Assembly: GCA_031400185.1 (NCBI GenBank)
Contig: JANNPN010000255.1
Span: forward strand, 1,426 to 65,425
Length of the DNA stretch: 64,000 bases
Origin: Polyangiaceae bacterium
GTDB taxonomy: Bacteria > Desulfobacterota > Binatia > UTPRO1
Direction: 5' to 3'
Shown piece by piece: positions 38,852 to 48,688 of the stretch. The position numbers were made by a program, and so were the translations under genes. How positions within the stretch are numbered: position 1 is the first letter of the stretch; each line of letters begins with the position of its first letter. Under the pieces are notes generated by a model that was not told the origin of the DNA, searched no databases, and was given only the letters and a program-made list of their open reading frames with translations.

Positions 38852-39870
38852 GCGCGCAGCCGGCGCGCCGCGATCAGCACGCGCTCGACGATGTGCGCGG
38901 GCACGACGCCGGCGGCTTCGGCGGCGAAGCTCATCACGAGACGATGGCGGAGGGCCGAGACGGCGACCTTGTCGACGTCGTCGTAGGTGACGTGCGGGCG
39001 GCCGTCGAGGAGCGCCATCACTTTGGCGCCGAGCACGAGCGCCTGCGCGCCGCGCGGGCTCGCGCCGTACGTGACGTAGCGCCGCACCTCGGTCTCGGCC
39101 TCGCCGTCGCCGCGTGCGCCCGCCGGGGTCGTGAGCCGGACGAGGCCCGCGACGTATTGCTCGACGTGCGGCGCGACCAGCACCTCGCGCACGAGACGCT
39201 TCAGCTCCTCGGTGCGCGTCGCGGCGCGCTCGGGTGCGAGCACCGGACGCACGGTCAGCGGGTCGGCGATGGTCGTCGCGGCGAGGATGCGCGTCAGCTC
39301 CTGCTCGCTCGGGTACTCGAGGAGCACCTTGAAGAGGAACCGGTCGAGCTGCGCCTCGGGCAACTGATAGGTCCCCTCCATCTCGATCGGGTTCAGCGTC
39401 GCGAGCACGAAAAACGGGGCCTGGAGCCGATAGCTCGAGCCCGCGACCGTCACCTGGTGCTCGGCCATCGCTTCCAGCAGCGCCGACTGCGTCTTCGGGG
39501 TCGCGCGGTTGATCTCGTCGCCGAGGACCACGTGGGCGAAGATCGGTCCGGGCACGAACACGAGCTCGCGCCCGCCGTCGGGCCGGTCGTTGATGATGCG
39601 CGTGCCGGTGATGTCGGCGGGCATCAGGTCGACCGTGAACTGGACGCGGTTGAAGGTGAGGTTCAGCGCTTCGGCGAGCGAGCGCACGATCAACGTCTTG
39701 CCGATCCCGGGCACGCCCTCGATCAGCACGTGGCCGCCCGCGAAAAAGGCCGTGAGGATCGCCTCGATCGCCGGCTCGTGGCCGATCACGACGCGCGCCA
39801 TCTCCGCGCGGATGGCGGCGAAGGTCTCCTGGAAGTCGGCGATGGCCGCGGTCGCGATGGCGGGGGTCAT
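38848..39870 (-). CDS. MoxR family AAA+ ATPase
   Basis: Walker A GVPGIGKT. Walker B and sensor motifs. MoxR-type C-terminal lid. ATG overlaps the upstream stop (ATGA). Confidence 0.9.
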   Translation of the reverse strand: MTPAIATAAIADFQETFAAIRAEMARVVIGHEPAIEAILTAFFAGGHVLIEGVPGIGKTLIVRSLAEALNLTFNRVQFTVDLMPADITGTRIINDRPDGGRELVFVPGPIFAHVVLGDEINRATPKTQSALLEAMAEHQVTVAGSSYRLQAPFFVLATLNPIEMEGTYQLPEAQLDRFLFKVLLEYPSEQELTRILAATTIADPLTVRPVLAPERAATRTEELKRLVREVLVAPHVEQYVAGLVRLTTPAGARGDGEAETEVRRYVTYGASPRGAQALVLGAKVMALLDGRPHVTYDDVDKVAVSALRHRLVMSFAAEAAGVVPAHIVERVLIAARRLRA

Positions 39871-41219
39871 GGCGTCCCGCGGTGCGCGAAGACCTCGCGC
39901 ACGACCTGTTCGTACGCGGCCGGCACGGCCATGCGGTGCGCCGCGGTTTCACGCCGCTGCTCCGTGCCGAGCGCGGGACGCGCGTCGGGATCCGCATCCG
40001 GGGCCGGCCCGCCGCTCCGCTTCCTGCCGCTTCTGTCGCTCCGCATGCGCGCGGCGAGCGAGAGCTCGAACGATCCCGAGCCCGCCCCCGGCATCACCGG
40101 CGCCCCCGCGAAGAGGTCGCCCGGCGACGCGCCGTTCCCCGCGGTCGTGCCGCCGGCATCGCCCGCGTCGGCGTCGTCGCTGCTCCCAGCGGACGGGTCG
40201 TCGGCGTTCGAGTTGGCGTCCCCCTGCCCGTCGGCGCCATCCGTTCCGTCGGTGTGATCCGACGACGAGTCCGCCGCGCCGCGGGCTCGCTCCGACGGTC
40301 GGCGCGCCACCTCCCATTCGTTCTCCTCCGTGCCCTCGAGCTTGCCCTCGACGCCCTCCTCACCGCCGTCCTCGCTCGCGGCGCGACCGTCGCGCCGGCT
40401 GCCGCCGCCGCTCGTGCCGGCGCGCGCGAGCGCATCGCGGACCCGCTCCCATGCCTTGCCCCACACCTGCTTCCGGACGTTCTCCTGGACCGCGCTCGAC
40501 AGCTGCGTGAGCCTCGAGTCGTCGTCGCGCCCGTCGTCAGTCGCCTGCCCCGAGTCGGTGTCACCGGTCGACGGCACGCCCGGGGCGACGACGACGCGCT
40601 CGCCGGGCGCCGCACCGTCGCCACCGTCGGAGCGCTCGTCGCGCCCCCCGTGCGGGCGATCGCTGAAACCGATCGCCGGCGGCGTCGGGAGCGCGAGCGA
40701 GGCGAGATGGAAAACGACGATGAGCACGGCCACCATGACGACCGCGCTTGCGCCGGCTGCGCGCGGCACGGCACGCGGCACCAGGCGCTGCGGCCTCCAC
40801 GCATCGAGCTCGGCGGCCACTTGCGAGGCGAGCAGCGCCTGGAAGAACTGCGGCGCGTTCCGCGCCCGCGGCGCGATCTCGACCAGGGTCTGCACGCGCC
40901 CGCCGAGCGCGGCCTTTGCTTCGACCCATCGCACGGCGTGCGCCCGGCCGAGCCAGCGGCGGCGGAGCGCGCCGGCGAGTAGCATCGCGACCCCGAGCAT
41001 GAGGGCGGCCATGCACGCAGCGGCGAGCCCGAACGCGGTCGTCGACGCGAAGAGGGTCACCGGCAACAGCAGCGTCGCGGCCCCGGCGCCGGCGGCGACC
41101 GTCGTGTAGAGCGTGCGCTGCAGCTCGTAGAGGTTCTTCCGCCGGCGTACGCGGCGAACCTGCCGTTCCACGACGTCGACGGCACCGGTGGGCGAGAGTT
41201 CCGGCATGGCTCGTCGCAA
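39867..41219 (-). CDS. Hypothetical membrane protein with Asp/Gly/Ser/Glu-rich low-complexity segment (first gene of the MoxR operon)
   Basis: Three predicted TM helices in the N-terminal half, then about 170 aa of acidic D/G/S/E-rich disordered sequence. Translationally coupled to MoxR. Confidence 0.55.
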   Translation of the reverse strand: MRRAMPELSPTGAVDVVERQVRRVRRRKNLYELQRTLYTTVAAGAGAATLLLPVTLFASTTAFGLAAACMAALMLGVAMLLAGALRRRWLGRAHAVRWVEAKAALGGRVQTLVEIAPRARNAPQFFQALLASQVAAELDAWRPQRLVPRAVPRAAGASAVVMVAVLIVVFHLASLALPTPPAIGFSDRPHGGRDERSDGGDGAAPGERVVVAPGVPSTGDTDSGQATDDGRDDDSRLTQLSSAVQENVRKQVWGKAWERVRDALARAGTSGGGSRRDGRAASEDGGEEGVEGKLEGTEENEWEVARRPSERARGAADSSSDHTDGTDGADGQGDANSNADDPSAGSSDDADAGDAGGTTAGNGASPGDLFAGAPVMPGAGSGSFELSLAARMRSDRSGRKRSGGPAPDADPDARPALGTEQRRETAAHRMAVPAAYEQVVREVFAHRGTP

Positions 41220-41253
41220 GACGGACCGACGATAGTGAAGGCCCCAAGAGCGG

Positions 41254-41982
41254 TCAATTGCGAAGTTGCCGCCGCGCCTGCGTTCCCGCCCACGTCATCT
41301 GGCGCGCCACGCCGAGGAGGATCTGTACCTCGTCGTCGTCGAGCGCGGCGCGGCCGAGCATGCCACGGAAGCGTCGCATCATTGTGGGCGCCTCGTCGCC
41401 GTGGAGGAAGCTCACGTCGCGGAGACCGGCCTCGAGCTTGGTCCAGAGGAGCTCGAGACGGGCGTGCGGGGCGAGCGCGCGTGCCGGCGCGGCGGGTGCG
41501 GCGGCCGTCCAGAGCTCGTAGGCGGCGACCAGGACGGCCTGCGCGAGATTCAGCGAGCCATACGCGTCCGAGGTGGGGATCGCGAGCACCTCGTGACAGA
41601 GCTTCAGCTCCTCGAGCGCGAGCCCGTGGTCTTCGGGGCCGAACACCAGCGCGACGTCGTTCGCCGCCGCCGCGGCGAGCATGCGCGGCGCGACCGCCCG
41701 CGGCGTGGTCGCCTCGTCGCGGGCCGCCGTCGCGCGCCCGCTCGTCCCGACGACGAGCCCGCAGTCGGCAAGCGCTCCCGCAAGCGTCGCCGCATGGCGG
41801 CGCGCTGCCAGGACGTCGCCGGCGTGCACCGCGAGCGTCTGCGCCCGGGGCTCGTCGAGGCTCGGCACGTCGACCAACACGAGCCGGGAGAGGCCCATGT
41901 TCTTCATCGCGCGCGCGACGGCGCCGACGTTCTGCGCCTCCCGCGGGCGGACGAGCACGATGCGAACGCGATCGAGGGACAT
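41254..41982 (-). CDS. SpoU/TrmH family RNA 2'-O-methyltransferase (TrmJ-like)
   Basis: SPOUT motifs (VRIVLVRPREAQNVGAVARAM, LVFGPEDHGL, SLNLAQAV). Confidence 0.8.
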   Translation of the reverse strand: MSLDRVRIVLVRPREAQNVGAVARAMKNMGLSRLVLVDVPSLDEPRAQTLAVHAGDVLAARRHAATLAGALADCGLVVGTSGRATAARDEATTPRAVAPRMLAAAAANDVALVFGPEDHGLALEELKLCHEVLAIPTSDAYGSLNLAQAVLVAAYELWTAAAPAAPARALAPHARLELLWTKLEAGLRDVSFLHGDEAPTMMRRFRGMLGRAALDDDEVQILLGVARQMTWAGTQARRQLRN

Positions 41983-42016
41983 GGCGCCGACCGTAGCATG
42001 CGGCCGGCCGCGCGCC

Positions 42017-42742
42017 TCATCTCGAGCTCGTGACCTCGCGCCGTGGGCAGTAGTCGGCGATCGGGCAGCGCGAGCAGTGCGGCGAGATCGGGCGGCAGAG
42101 GCGCTGGCCGAACGCCACCAGGATGTCGTTGATCTCGATCCAATGGCGCGCCGGCAGGATCTTCCGGAGCACCTGTTCCGTGTCGTTCGGCGTCTTCGTC
42201 CGGACGTAGCCCCAGCGGTTGGTGATGCGGTGCACGTGGGTGTCGACGCAGATCCCCTGGGCGCCGAACCCGAGTGTCAGCACGAGGTTTGCGGTCTTCC
42301 GGCCGACCCCGTTCAAGGTGAGGAGCGCGTCGAGGTCGCACGGGACCTTGCCGCCGTAACGCTCGATCAGCGCGCGGCAGACGTCGAGGATCGCCCGCGC
42401 TTTCGTGCGGTAGAAGCCGACCGGGTAGATGAGCCTGGCGATCGTCGCCGCGCGGAGCTTCCGCATCGACGCCGGGTCCGCGGCGCGCGCGAAGAGCCGG
42501 CGCGACGCGACCGCCGTCGTTTCGTCCTGGGTGCGGAGACTCAGGATCGTCGAGATCAGCACCCGAAACGGGTCGCCGGTCGTCTCGGCGATGAGCGTGA
42601 CGGCGGGTGCGCCCCAGCCCGGCGCCTCTCGGCGAAGCACGTCCATGACCGGTGCGATCTCGTCCCGACCAAGCGCGCGCCGCCGGCGCGGCAGCGCGCG
42701 CGTCGTTTCGGCGGGCGGACGCGGCGCGGCTCGCGAGGGCAT
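42017..42742 (-). CDS. nth: Endonuclease III (DNA glycosylase/AP lyase)
   Basis: HhH-GPD motif LNGVGRKTANLVL. Catalytic Lys/Asp context. C-terminal 4Fe-4S loop CRPISPHCSRCPIADYC. Confidence 0.9.
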   Translation of the reverse strand: MPSRAAPRPPAETTRALPRRRRALGRDEIAPVMDVLRREAPGWGAPAVTLIAETTGDPFRVLISTILSLRTQDETTAVASRRLFARAADPASMRKLRAATIARLIYPVGFYRTKARAILDVCRALIERYGGKVPCDLDALLTLNGVGRKTANLVLTLGFGAQGICVDTHVHRITNRWGYVRTKTPNDTEQVLRKILPARHWIEINDILVAFGQRLCRPISPHCSRCPIADYCPRREVTSSR

Positions 42743-42896
42743 GGCGCGCTTATGCCGCGCGGAGCGCGAGGCGACAATCGCGGCGCGCCGGCGTGCGTCG
42801 CGTTGCGTGGGCTCCGGGGATGCGTTCTAACGTCGCGACCACTCAACGACGCGGCCCCGACGCTCCCGCGCGCGTGGCAGCACGAGCCCGACGCCG

Positions 42897-44084
42897 ATGC
42901 CGTCCACCGAGCGCTTGCCGCGTGACTTCTACCTCGTCACGGCTGCGAACTTCGCCTTCTTCCTGAACTTCGCGTCGTTCTTCTTGCTGCCGCTCTACCT
43001 GCACGAGCTCGGCGCGAGTCCCGAGACGATCGGCTACGTCATGGGGACCGCGGGCTTCGCCGGCATCGTGGTGCTGCCGTTCCTCGGTATGCTGCTCGAC
43101 CGCGTCGATCGCCGGCACTTCGTGGTCGCGGGGGCCACCGTCATGGTGCTCGCGTCGTTCGCGTATCTCGTCGTGCCGGGGACGAGCCCGCTCCTCTACG
43201 TGCTGCGCGCGATCCAGGGCTTCGCGTTCACGGCGGCCTTCGTCACGGCCTCGACGCTGGCCGCGGAGCTCGCGCCGCTGCCGATCCGCGGCCGCGCGCT
43301 CGGGCTCTTTGGCGTCTCGACCTTGCTCACGCATGCGATCGCGCCCGCGCTCGGCGAGGTCATCGCGCGCCGCTTCGGCTTTCCGACGCTCTTCGCGTTC
43401 GCGGGGGCGCTCGGCGTCGTGTCGATCGTGCTCAGCCTCGCGGTGCGTGCGCCGCTCGCGACGGCGCGGGCGGCGGTCGCGCCGGCGTGCCGACGCTCGC
43501 TCCGGCGCGAGCCGGTCTTGTGGCTCGCCGCGGCGACCATGACCGCGTGCGGCATGGGCTACGGCACCGTCATCACGTTCCTGCCGACCTTCGTCCACAC
43601 GGCCGGCATCGAGCGCGTGGCGCCGTTCTTCGTGTCCTACTCGCTCGCCGCGATCGGCGTGCGCATCGGGCTCGGTGGGTTGTCCGACCGCGTCGGGCGC
43701 CGTCCCGTGCTCTTCCCGGCGATGGCGGTGATGGCGGTCGCGATCGTCGCCCTCGGTTCCGTGGCGAGCATCCCGGCGCTCGTGGTGGTCGGGCTGCTCT
43801 TCGGCGCCGGGCACGGCATGGTCTACCCGACCGCGAACGCGCTCATGGTGGACTTGAGCCACGCCGGGAACCTCGGCCGCGTGCAGACGCTCTTCTCGGG
43901 ATCGTTCAGCGTCGGGGTCTCGACGAGCGCGTTCGTCTTCGGCGGGATCATCGAGCGCTTCGGCTATCGCACCGCGTTCACGACGGCCGCCGGCTGCGTC
44001 GCGCTCGGAATCCTGCTGCTCTGGCTCGCGCCGGAACGCGATGCGGCCGAGGTCGAGGACGTGTTGGCGGCCGTCGAGAGGTAG
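42897..44084 (+). CDS. MFS transporter
   Basis: 12 TM layout and an MFS motif A-like region (GMLLDRVDRR). Confidence 0.8.
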   Translation: MPSTERLPRDFYLVTAANFAFFLNFASFFLLPLYLHELGASPETIGYVMGTAGFAGIVVLPFLGMLLDRVDRRHFVVAGATVMVLASFAYLVVPGTSPLLYVLRAIQGFAFTAAFVTASTLAAELAPLPIRGRALGLFGVSTLLTHAIAPALGEVIARRFGFPTLFAFAGALGVVSIVLSLAVRAPLATARAAVAPACRRSLRREPVLWLAAATMTACGMGYGTVITFLPTFVHTAGIERVAPFFVSYSLAAIGVRIGLGGLSDRVGRRPVLFPAMAVMAVAIVALGSVASIPALVVVGLLFGAGHGMVYPTANALMVDLSHAGNLGRVQTLFSGSFSVGVSTSAFVFGGIIERFGYRTAFTTAAGCVALGILLLWLAPERDAAEVEDVLAAVER

Positions 44085-44153
44085 CGGAAGAGGAATCTCT
44101 CCCCCTTCTCCCCACTTGTCATCGGCGGCCGGGATTGCGAGTGTGCGCCCGCC

Positions 44154-45362
44154 ATGCGCTCGATCATGCTTGCCACGGCGACGGCCTGCCTCGCGGCGGC
44201 GACGAGCGGCCTCGCGGAGGAGCGTCGTGAGGATCTGCTGACGCTCGCCAACGGCGCGATCGTGGCCCGCGCGAGCGTCGACCCGGCGCGGGCGCTCGAC
44301 CTCCTCGACGGCAATCCCGCGCGGGGATGGAGTAACCAGCGGCCGAAGGACCGGCCGCCCTACACGTTCGTGTTCGAGCTGCTCGCGCCGACCGTGCTGC
44401 GCGAGGTCGTCGTCGACACCGCCGGCAAGCGGCCCGGCGGGGCCGCCGGCGCCGCCGCGAAGACCGTCGCGATCGCGGCCTCCGCGTCCGGCCCCGACGG
44501 AGAGTTCGCGCCGCTCGGCACGGTGGACGTCGCCGAGGAGGGCGCGGCGTCGCTGCGCGTCGAGGCGACGACGCCCGTTCGCTGGCTGCGCGTCGAGGTG
44601 CAAGCGAACCACGGCAACCCGCAGTGGACGTACCTCGACGAGGTGAGCGCGTACGGCGAGCAGGAGCCGGTGCCCGACGACGACGGGCGCTACACTGGCG
44701 CCTGGACCAGCAACTTCGGACCGATCGAGCTCGTACAGACCGGAAGCCAGCTCGCCGGCTGCTATCGCGAAGGGACGCTCGTCGGGAGCGTCGGCGGCGG
44801 CGTCGCGCGCGTCGCGTGGCAGGACCGGAAGAGCGCGAAAGTGCAGGGCACGGCGCTCTTCGTCGTCGACGCCCGGAAGCACCTCGAAGGCGTCCAGTAT
44901 CGGCTGCCGAGCCGGGCCCGCTGGGGCGGCCCGCCGGCGACGGCGAAGACGCCGAAGACCGAGTGCGGCAAGACGCCCCCGCCTGCGAACCCGATCGCCG
45001 CAGCCTTCGCGGCGCGCGGCGAGATCGCGCTCTACGGCATCTACTTCGACTTCGATGCCGACGTGCTGCAGGCGCGCTCGGAGCCCGTGTTGCGCCAGCT
45101 CGCGGACGCGCTCGGGGCGGCCGAATCGTTCGCGGTCGACGTCGAGGGCCACACCGACGACGTCGGGGCCGATCCCTACAACCTCGACCTCTCGCGGCGG
45201 CGTGCCGAGGCCGTCGTCGCGTGGCTCGCCGCGCACGGTATCGAGCGGTCCCGGCTCCATGCCGCCGGTCGCGGCGAAACCGAGCCGGTCGCCGACAACA
45301 CGACCGCCGACGGTCGCGCGCTGAACCGTCGCGTCACGGTCGCGAAGCGCCAGAACCCTTGA
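44154..45362 (+). CDS. OmpA-family peptidoglycan-binding protein with N-terminal discoidin (F5/8 type C)-like domain
   Basis: Signal peptide. C-terminal OmpA_C motif (GHTDDVGADPYNLDLSRRRAEAV...LNRRVTV). Confidence 0.75.
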   Translation: MRSIMLATATACLAAATSGLAEERREDLLTLANGAIVARASVDPARALDLLDGNPARGWSNQRPKDRPPYTFVFELLAPTVLREVVVDTAGKRPGGAAGAAAKTVAIAASASGPDGEFAPLGTVDVAEEGAASLRVEATTPVRWLRVEVQANHGNPQWTYLDEVSAYGEQEPVPDDDGRYTGAWTSNFGPIELVQTGSQLAGCYREGTLVGSVGGGVARVAWQDRKSAKVQGTALFVVDARKHLEGVQYRLPSRARWGGPPATAKTPKTECGKTPPPANPIAAAFAARGEIALYGIYFDFDADVLQARSEPVLRQLADALGAAESFAVDVEGHTDDVGADPYNLDLSRRRAEAVVAWLAAHGIERSRLHAAGRGETEPVADNTTADGRALNRRVTVAKRQNP

Positions 45363-45375
45363 GGAGGATACTCCG

Positions 45376-46179
45376 ATGATGCTGCGACAGCTCTCGCTCC
45401 AAGCGCTCGTCTTGACCGCAGTCGCGACCGCGGCAGAGGCCGGTGTCCTCATCGTGGGCACCTATACCGGCACGAAGCAGCCGAACGGCCGCACCGTCGA
45501 GTTCCGCATCCAGGACGGCCGCGCCCGGATCACGAGCCAGCCGGGGCAGTTCATCTACTACGACCATGCCAAGCGCACGGCCTACATCGTCGACATGGAG
45601 AAGAAGACCTCGTTCGAGATGACCGAGGATCGTGCGAAACAGGTCGCGGCTCAGCTCTCCGAGGCGCAGAAGATGATGGAGGCGAAGCTCAAGGAGCTGC
45701 CGCCCGACAAGCGCGTCATGGTCGAGAAGATGATGAAGGAGCAGGGCGGCGGACCCCCGCCGGCCGGCGGCCGGAAGCCGCTCGACTACACGCAGGCCGG
45801 GAGCGGGAAAGTCGGGACGTGGCCATGTAGCCGCTACACCGCCTCCGGCGACGGCCGAAAGGTCGAGGTGTGCAGCGCCGAGGCCGCCGATGTCGGGCTC
45901 GCGGCGGCGGACGTCGCCGTCTTCGAGGGCTTCCTCGACCTCTCCGAGAAGATGGCCGGCGAGGCCGCCGCGTCCGGCGGCGTCGGGGTGGGACCGGACC
46001 GTGGGTTTCCCGGCTTGCCCCTCGAGCGGAAGGAGACCCGCGAGGGAGTCATCACCGACCGCTTCGTGATCGACTCGATCACGCAGGAGACCGTCCCGGC
46101 TGCCGACCTTCAGGTCCCCGCCGGCCTGAAGCCCCTGACGCCCCCTCCCGGACCCCCCGGAGCACCAGCGAAGCGCTGA
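45376..46179 (+). CDS. Hypothetical secreted protein (DUF4412-like), Pro-rich C-terminus
   Basis: Signal peptide. SD GAGGAGG. No catalytic motif. Confidence 0.5.
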   Translation: MMLRQLSLQALVLTAVATAAEAGVLIVGTYTGTKQPNGRTVEFRIQDGRARITSQPGQFIYYDHAKRTAYIVDMEKKTSFEMTEDRAKQVAAQLSEAQKMMEAKLKELPPDKRVMVEKMMKEQGGGPPPAGGRKPLDYTQAGSGKVGTWPCSRYTASGDGRKVEVCSAEAADVGLAAADVAVFEGFLDLSEKMAGEAAASGGVGVGPDRGFPGLPLERKETREGVITDRFVIDSITQETVPAADLQVPAGLKPLTPPPGPPGAPAKR

Positions 46180-46199
46180 ATCGTGGCGCCTCGCGGGGC

Positions 46200-46603
46200 C
46201 GATGACTCCCATCTGCCTGCCTGATGGGCAGCCGCGGTCCAATTTCGAAGCAGCGGTAGCGAGCAGCTAGCCATCAGCGAGTCCGATCGCGATCAACGGT
46301 TTCCCTAATCCTTGTGCCCTCTCGACCTAACATCCTGAACGGGTTGAGGCGTTGTTCCGCGGGTTCAGTCCCACCCCCGTCCTCAGACGTGCCTGGAGCA
46401 CTCGGTACGAGCATTGCTATCCACCTTTACATTGGTTCACCGTCCACCCTTAGGTCACCCCAAATAAGCATCTAGGAAACCTGGTCGGAGTCGCTTGTCC
46501 ACCCTGAGGTTGGTGACCATGTCGGGATTTTGGCGGCATGGGGGTTGCTGATCGCCCCCACGATCGGACCACCATCACACGGGCAACCGGAGGAGGAGCT
46601 TTG
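46200..46603 (+). promoter_or_regulatory. Long lower-GC leader/regulatory region upstream of amtB with repeated motif
   Basis: About 400 bp at roughly 52-55% GC against a 70% background. The motif GTCCACCCT-N-AGGT occurs twice about 50 bp apart. The inverted pair GGTCACC...GGTGACC is present. SD AGGAGGAGG lies before the amtB ATG. Confidence 0.35.
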
Positions 46604-47959
46604 ATGGATCACAGGATGCGAAGACTTTCGTACGCCGTCTTGGGCGGCGTGCTCGCCGTCGCGAGCTCCGCCGGAGCGCAAGAAGGCGCTGAAGCGGCGG
46701 CGCCAGCCGCCCCGACGTTCGACACCGGCGACACCGCTTGGATGCTCACGAGCACGGCCCTTGTCCTCATGATGACGATCCCGGGCCTCTTCCTCTTCTA
46801 CGGCGGCCTCGTGCGGTCGAAGAACGTGCTCTCGACGATCATGCACAGTTTCTTCTGCGCCGCCCTCATCAGCGTGACCTGGGTGCTCTACGGCTACTCG
46901 CTCGCGTTCGGTACCGACGTCGGCGGGTTCATCGGCGGACTCGACTTCGTCGGGTTGAACGGCATCCTCGGCACCGCAAACCCACTCGCGCCGACGATCC
47001 CGCACATCCTGTTCGTCGTGTACCAGGCGACGTTCGCGATCATCACGCCGGCCCTCATCTCCGGCGCGTTCGCCGAGCGCATGAGCTTCCCGGCGTTCGC
47101 GCTCTACATGCTCCTCTGGTCGACCTTCATCTACAGCCCGCTCGCCCATTGGGTGTGGGGCGGCGGCTGGATCGGCGCGCAGATCGGCGCGCTCGACTTT
47201 GCGGGCGGCACCGTCGTCCACATCTCGAGCGGTGTCTCGGCGCTCGTGACCGCGCTCTACCTCGGCAAGCGCATGGGCTACCCGACGCAGCCGATGCCGC
47301 CGCACAACCTCGCGTTCTCGGCGATCGGCGCCTCGCTCCTGTGGGTCGGCTGGTTCGGCTTCAACGCGGGTAGCGCCGTCTCGTCGGGGGAGCTCGCGGC
47401 GACCGCCTTCCTCAACACGAACACGGCAGCGGCGGCGGCGACCCTCGGCTGGATGGCGGCGGAGTGGCTGCGGTCCGGAAAGCCGACGATGCTCGGCGCC
47501 GCGTCAGGCGCGGTCGCGGGTCTCGTCTGCATCACGCCGGCCGCCGGGTTCGTGACGCCGATGGCGTCGATCATCTTCGGCCTCGCCGGCGGCATCGTGT
47601 GCTACTTCGCCGTCAGCATGAAGCCGAGCTTCGGCTACGACGACGCGCTCGACGTGGTCGGCGTGCACATGGTCGGCGGGACGCTCGGCGCCATCCTGAC
47701 CGGCGTGTTCGCGACGAAGGCCGTGAACTCCGCGGTGCCGACGCTCAGCCTCGGCCTCGACGGCGGCCTCCTCTACGGCTATCCCGGCATGCTTGGGAAG
47801 CAGCTGATCGCGATCGCCGCGACGTACATCTTCTGCGGCGTCGGCACCCTCGTCATTCTCATGGTCGTGAACGCCATCACGCCGCTCCGTCCGATGGCGG
47901 ACGACGAGAGCATCGGCCTCGATCTCTCGCAGCACAGCGAGACGGCGTACACGAGCTGA
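46604..47959 (+). CDS. amtB: Ammonium transporter (Amt family)
   Basis: Signal peptide and 11 TM helices. The Amt signature region (DFAGGTVVHISSG..., twin-His context). Confidence 0.9.
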   Translation: MDHRMRRLSYAVLGGVLAVASSAGAQEGAEAAAPAAPTFDTGDTAWMLTSTALVLMMTIPGLFLFYGGLVRSKNVLSTIMHSFFCAALISVTWVLYGYSLAFGTDVGGFIGGLDFVGLNGILGTANPLAPTIPHILFVVYQATFAIITPALISGAFAERMSFPAFALYMLLWSTFIYSPLAHWVWGGGWIGAQIGALDFAGGTVVHISSGVSALVTALYLGKRMGYPTQPMPPHNLAFSAIGASLLWVGWFGFNAGSAVSSGELAATAFLNTNTAAAAATLGWMAAEWLRSGKPTMLGAASGAVAGLVCITPAAGFVTPMASIIFGLAGGIVCYFAVSMKPSFGYDDALDVVGVHMVGGTLGAILTGVFATKAVNSAVPTLSLGLDGGLLYGYPGMLGKQLIAIAATYIFCGVGTLVILMVVNAITPLRPMADDESIGLDLSQHSETAYTS

Positions 47960-48055
47960 CGCGAAGCTCCGAAGGTTCATACGCACCATGCGCGCAACCG
48001 GGCGGCCGATCGCGGTCGCCCGGTTGCGCGTGTGTTTGTGATCGATTAGTCGCGG

Positions 48056-48682
48056 ATGAGCATGGCGACGCGCATCGTTCTCGCGGATGACCATGCGATC
48101 TTTCGGCAGGGGCTGCGCTCGCTTCTCCGCCAGCACCCCGACCTCGAGGTCGTCGCAGAGGTCGAGCGTGCGAGCGACCTCCTGAACACTCTCGCCGCGA
48201 CGCCGTGCGATCTTCTCCTGCTCGATCTCCAAATGGAGCGCTGGATGGTCAGCGACATCGAGCACCTCTCGAGCGTCACGCGCGTGATCGTCCTGACCGC
48301 GAGCGAAAGGATCGAGGACGGCCTCGCCGCGATCCGCCTCGGCGCGCGCGCGATCGTGCAGAAGCGGTTCCCCGTCGAGACCCTCATGGAGGCGATCCGC
48401 GCCGTGCTGGAAGGCCTGGTATGGATGCCGGCGACGCTCCAGGCGGAGCTCGCGTCGCAGCTCCGCAACGCCCCTGCCGTGAAGCTCACGACCCGCGAGA
48501 GCGAGATCGTCCGCTGCGTCGCCCTCGGCATGCGCAACGCCGAGATCGCCGAGCGCTGTCAGATCAGCGAGGCGACCGTCAAAACCCACATCAACAACAT
48601 CTTCCAGAAGCTCGACTTCCGCGATCGCGTCGAGCTCACGCGCTACGCTTTCCGCACCGGCCTCCTGAGTCCCCGCGAGTAA
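48056..48682 (+). CDS. NarL/FixJ (LuxR-type) response regulator
   Basis: REC domain (VLADDH, D in LLLLDLQM). C-terminal LuxR HTH (RESEIVRCVALGMRNAEIAERCQISEATVKTHINNIFQKL). Confidence 0.85.
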   Translation: MSMATRIVLADDHAIFRQGLRSLLRQHPDLEVVAEVERASDLLNTLAATPCDLLLLDLQMERWMVSDIEHLSSVTRVIVLTASERIEDGLAAIRLGARAIVQKRFPVETLMEAIRAVLEGLVWMPATLQAELASQLRNAPAVKLTTRESEIVRCVALGMRNAEIAERCQISEATVKTHINNIFQKLDFRDRVELTRYAFRTGLLSPRE

Positions 48683-48688
48683 CGGCGC

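Noticed and set aside
42843-45461. 872-aa minus-strand ORF spanning the MFS and OmpA genes
   Set aside because: Antisense artefact with low-complexity R/E/D-rich sequence. Plus-strand genes have clear TM and OmpA motifs.
46350-46400. tRNA-like T-arm (GGGTTCAGTCCCACC) suggesting a tRNA or an integration-site remnant
   Set aside because: No complementary stem halves, no acceptor/anticodon arms, and position 58 is not A. Not a tRNA.
46521-46550. Possible sigma-54 promoter (TGGCGGCATGGGGGTTGCT) upstream of amtB
   Set aside because: GG/GC spacing is 3 nt longer than the canonical TGGCAC-N5-TTGCA. A second candidate (TGGTCGGAGTCGCTTG) is off by 2. Not convincing without a position-matrix scan.
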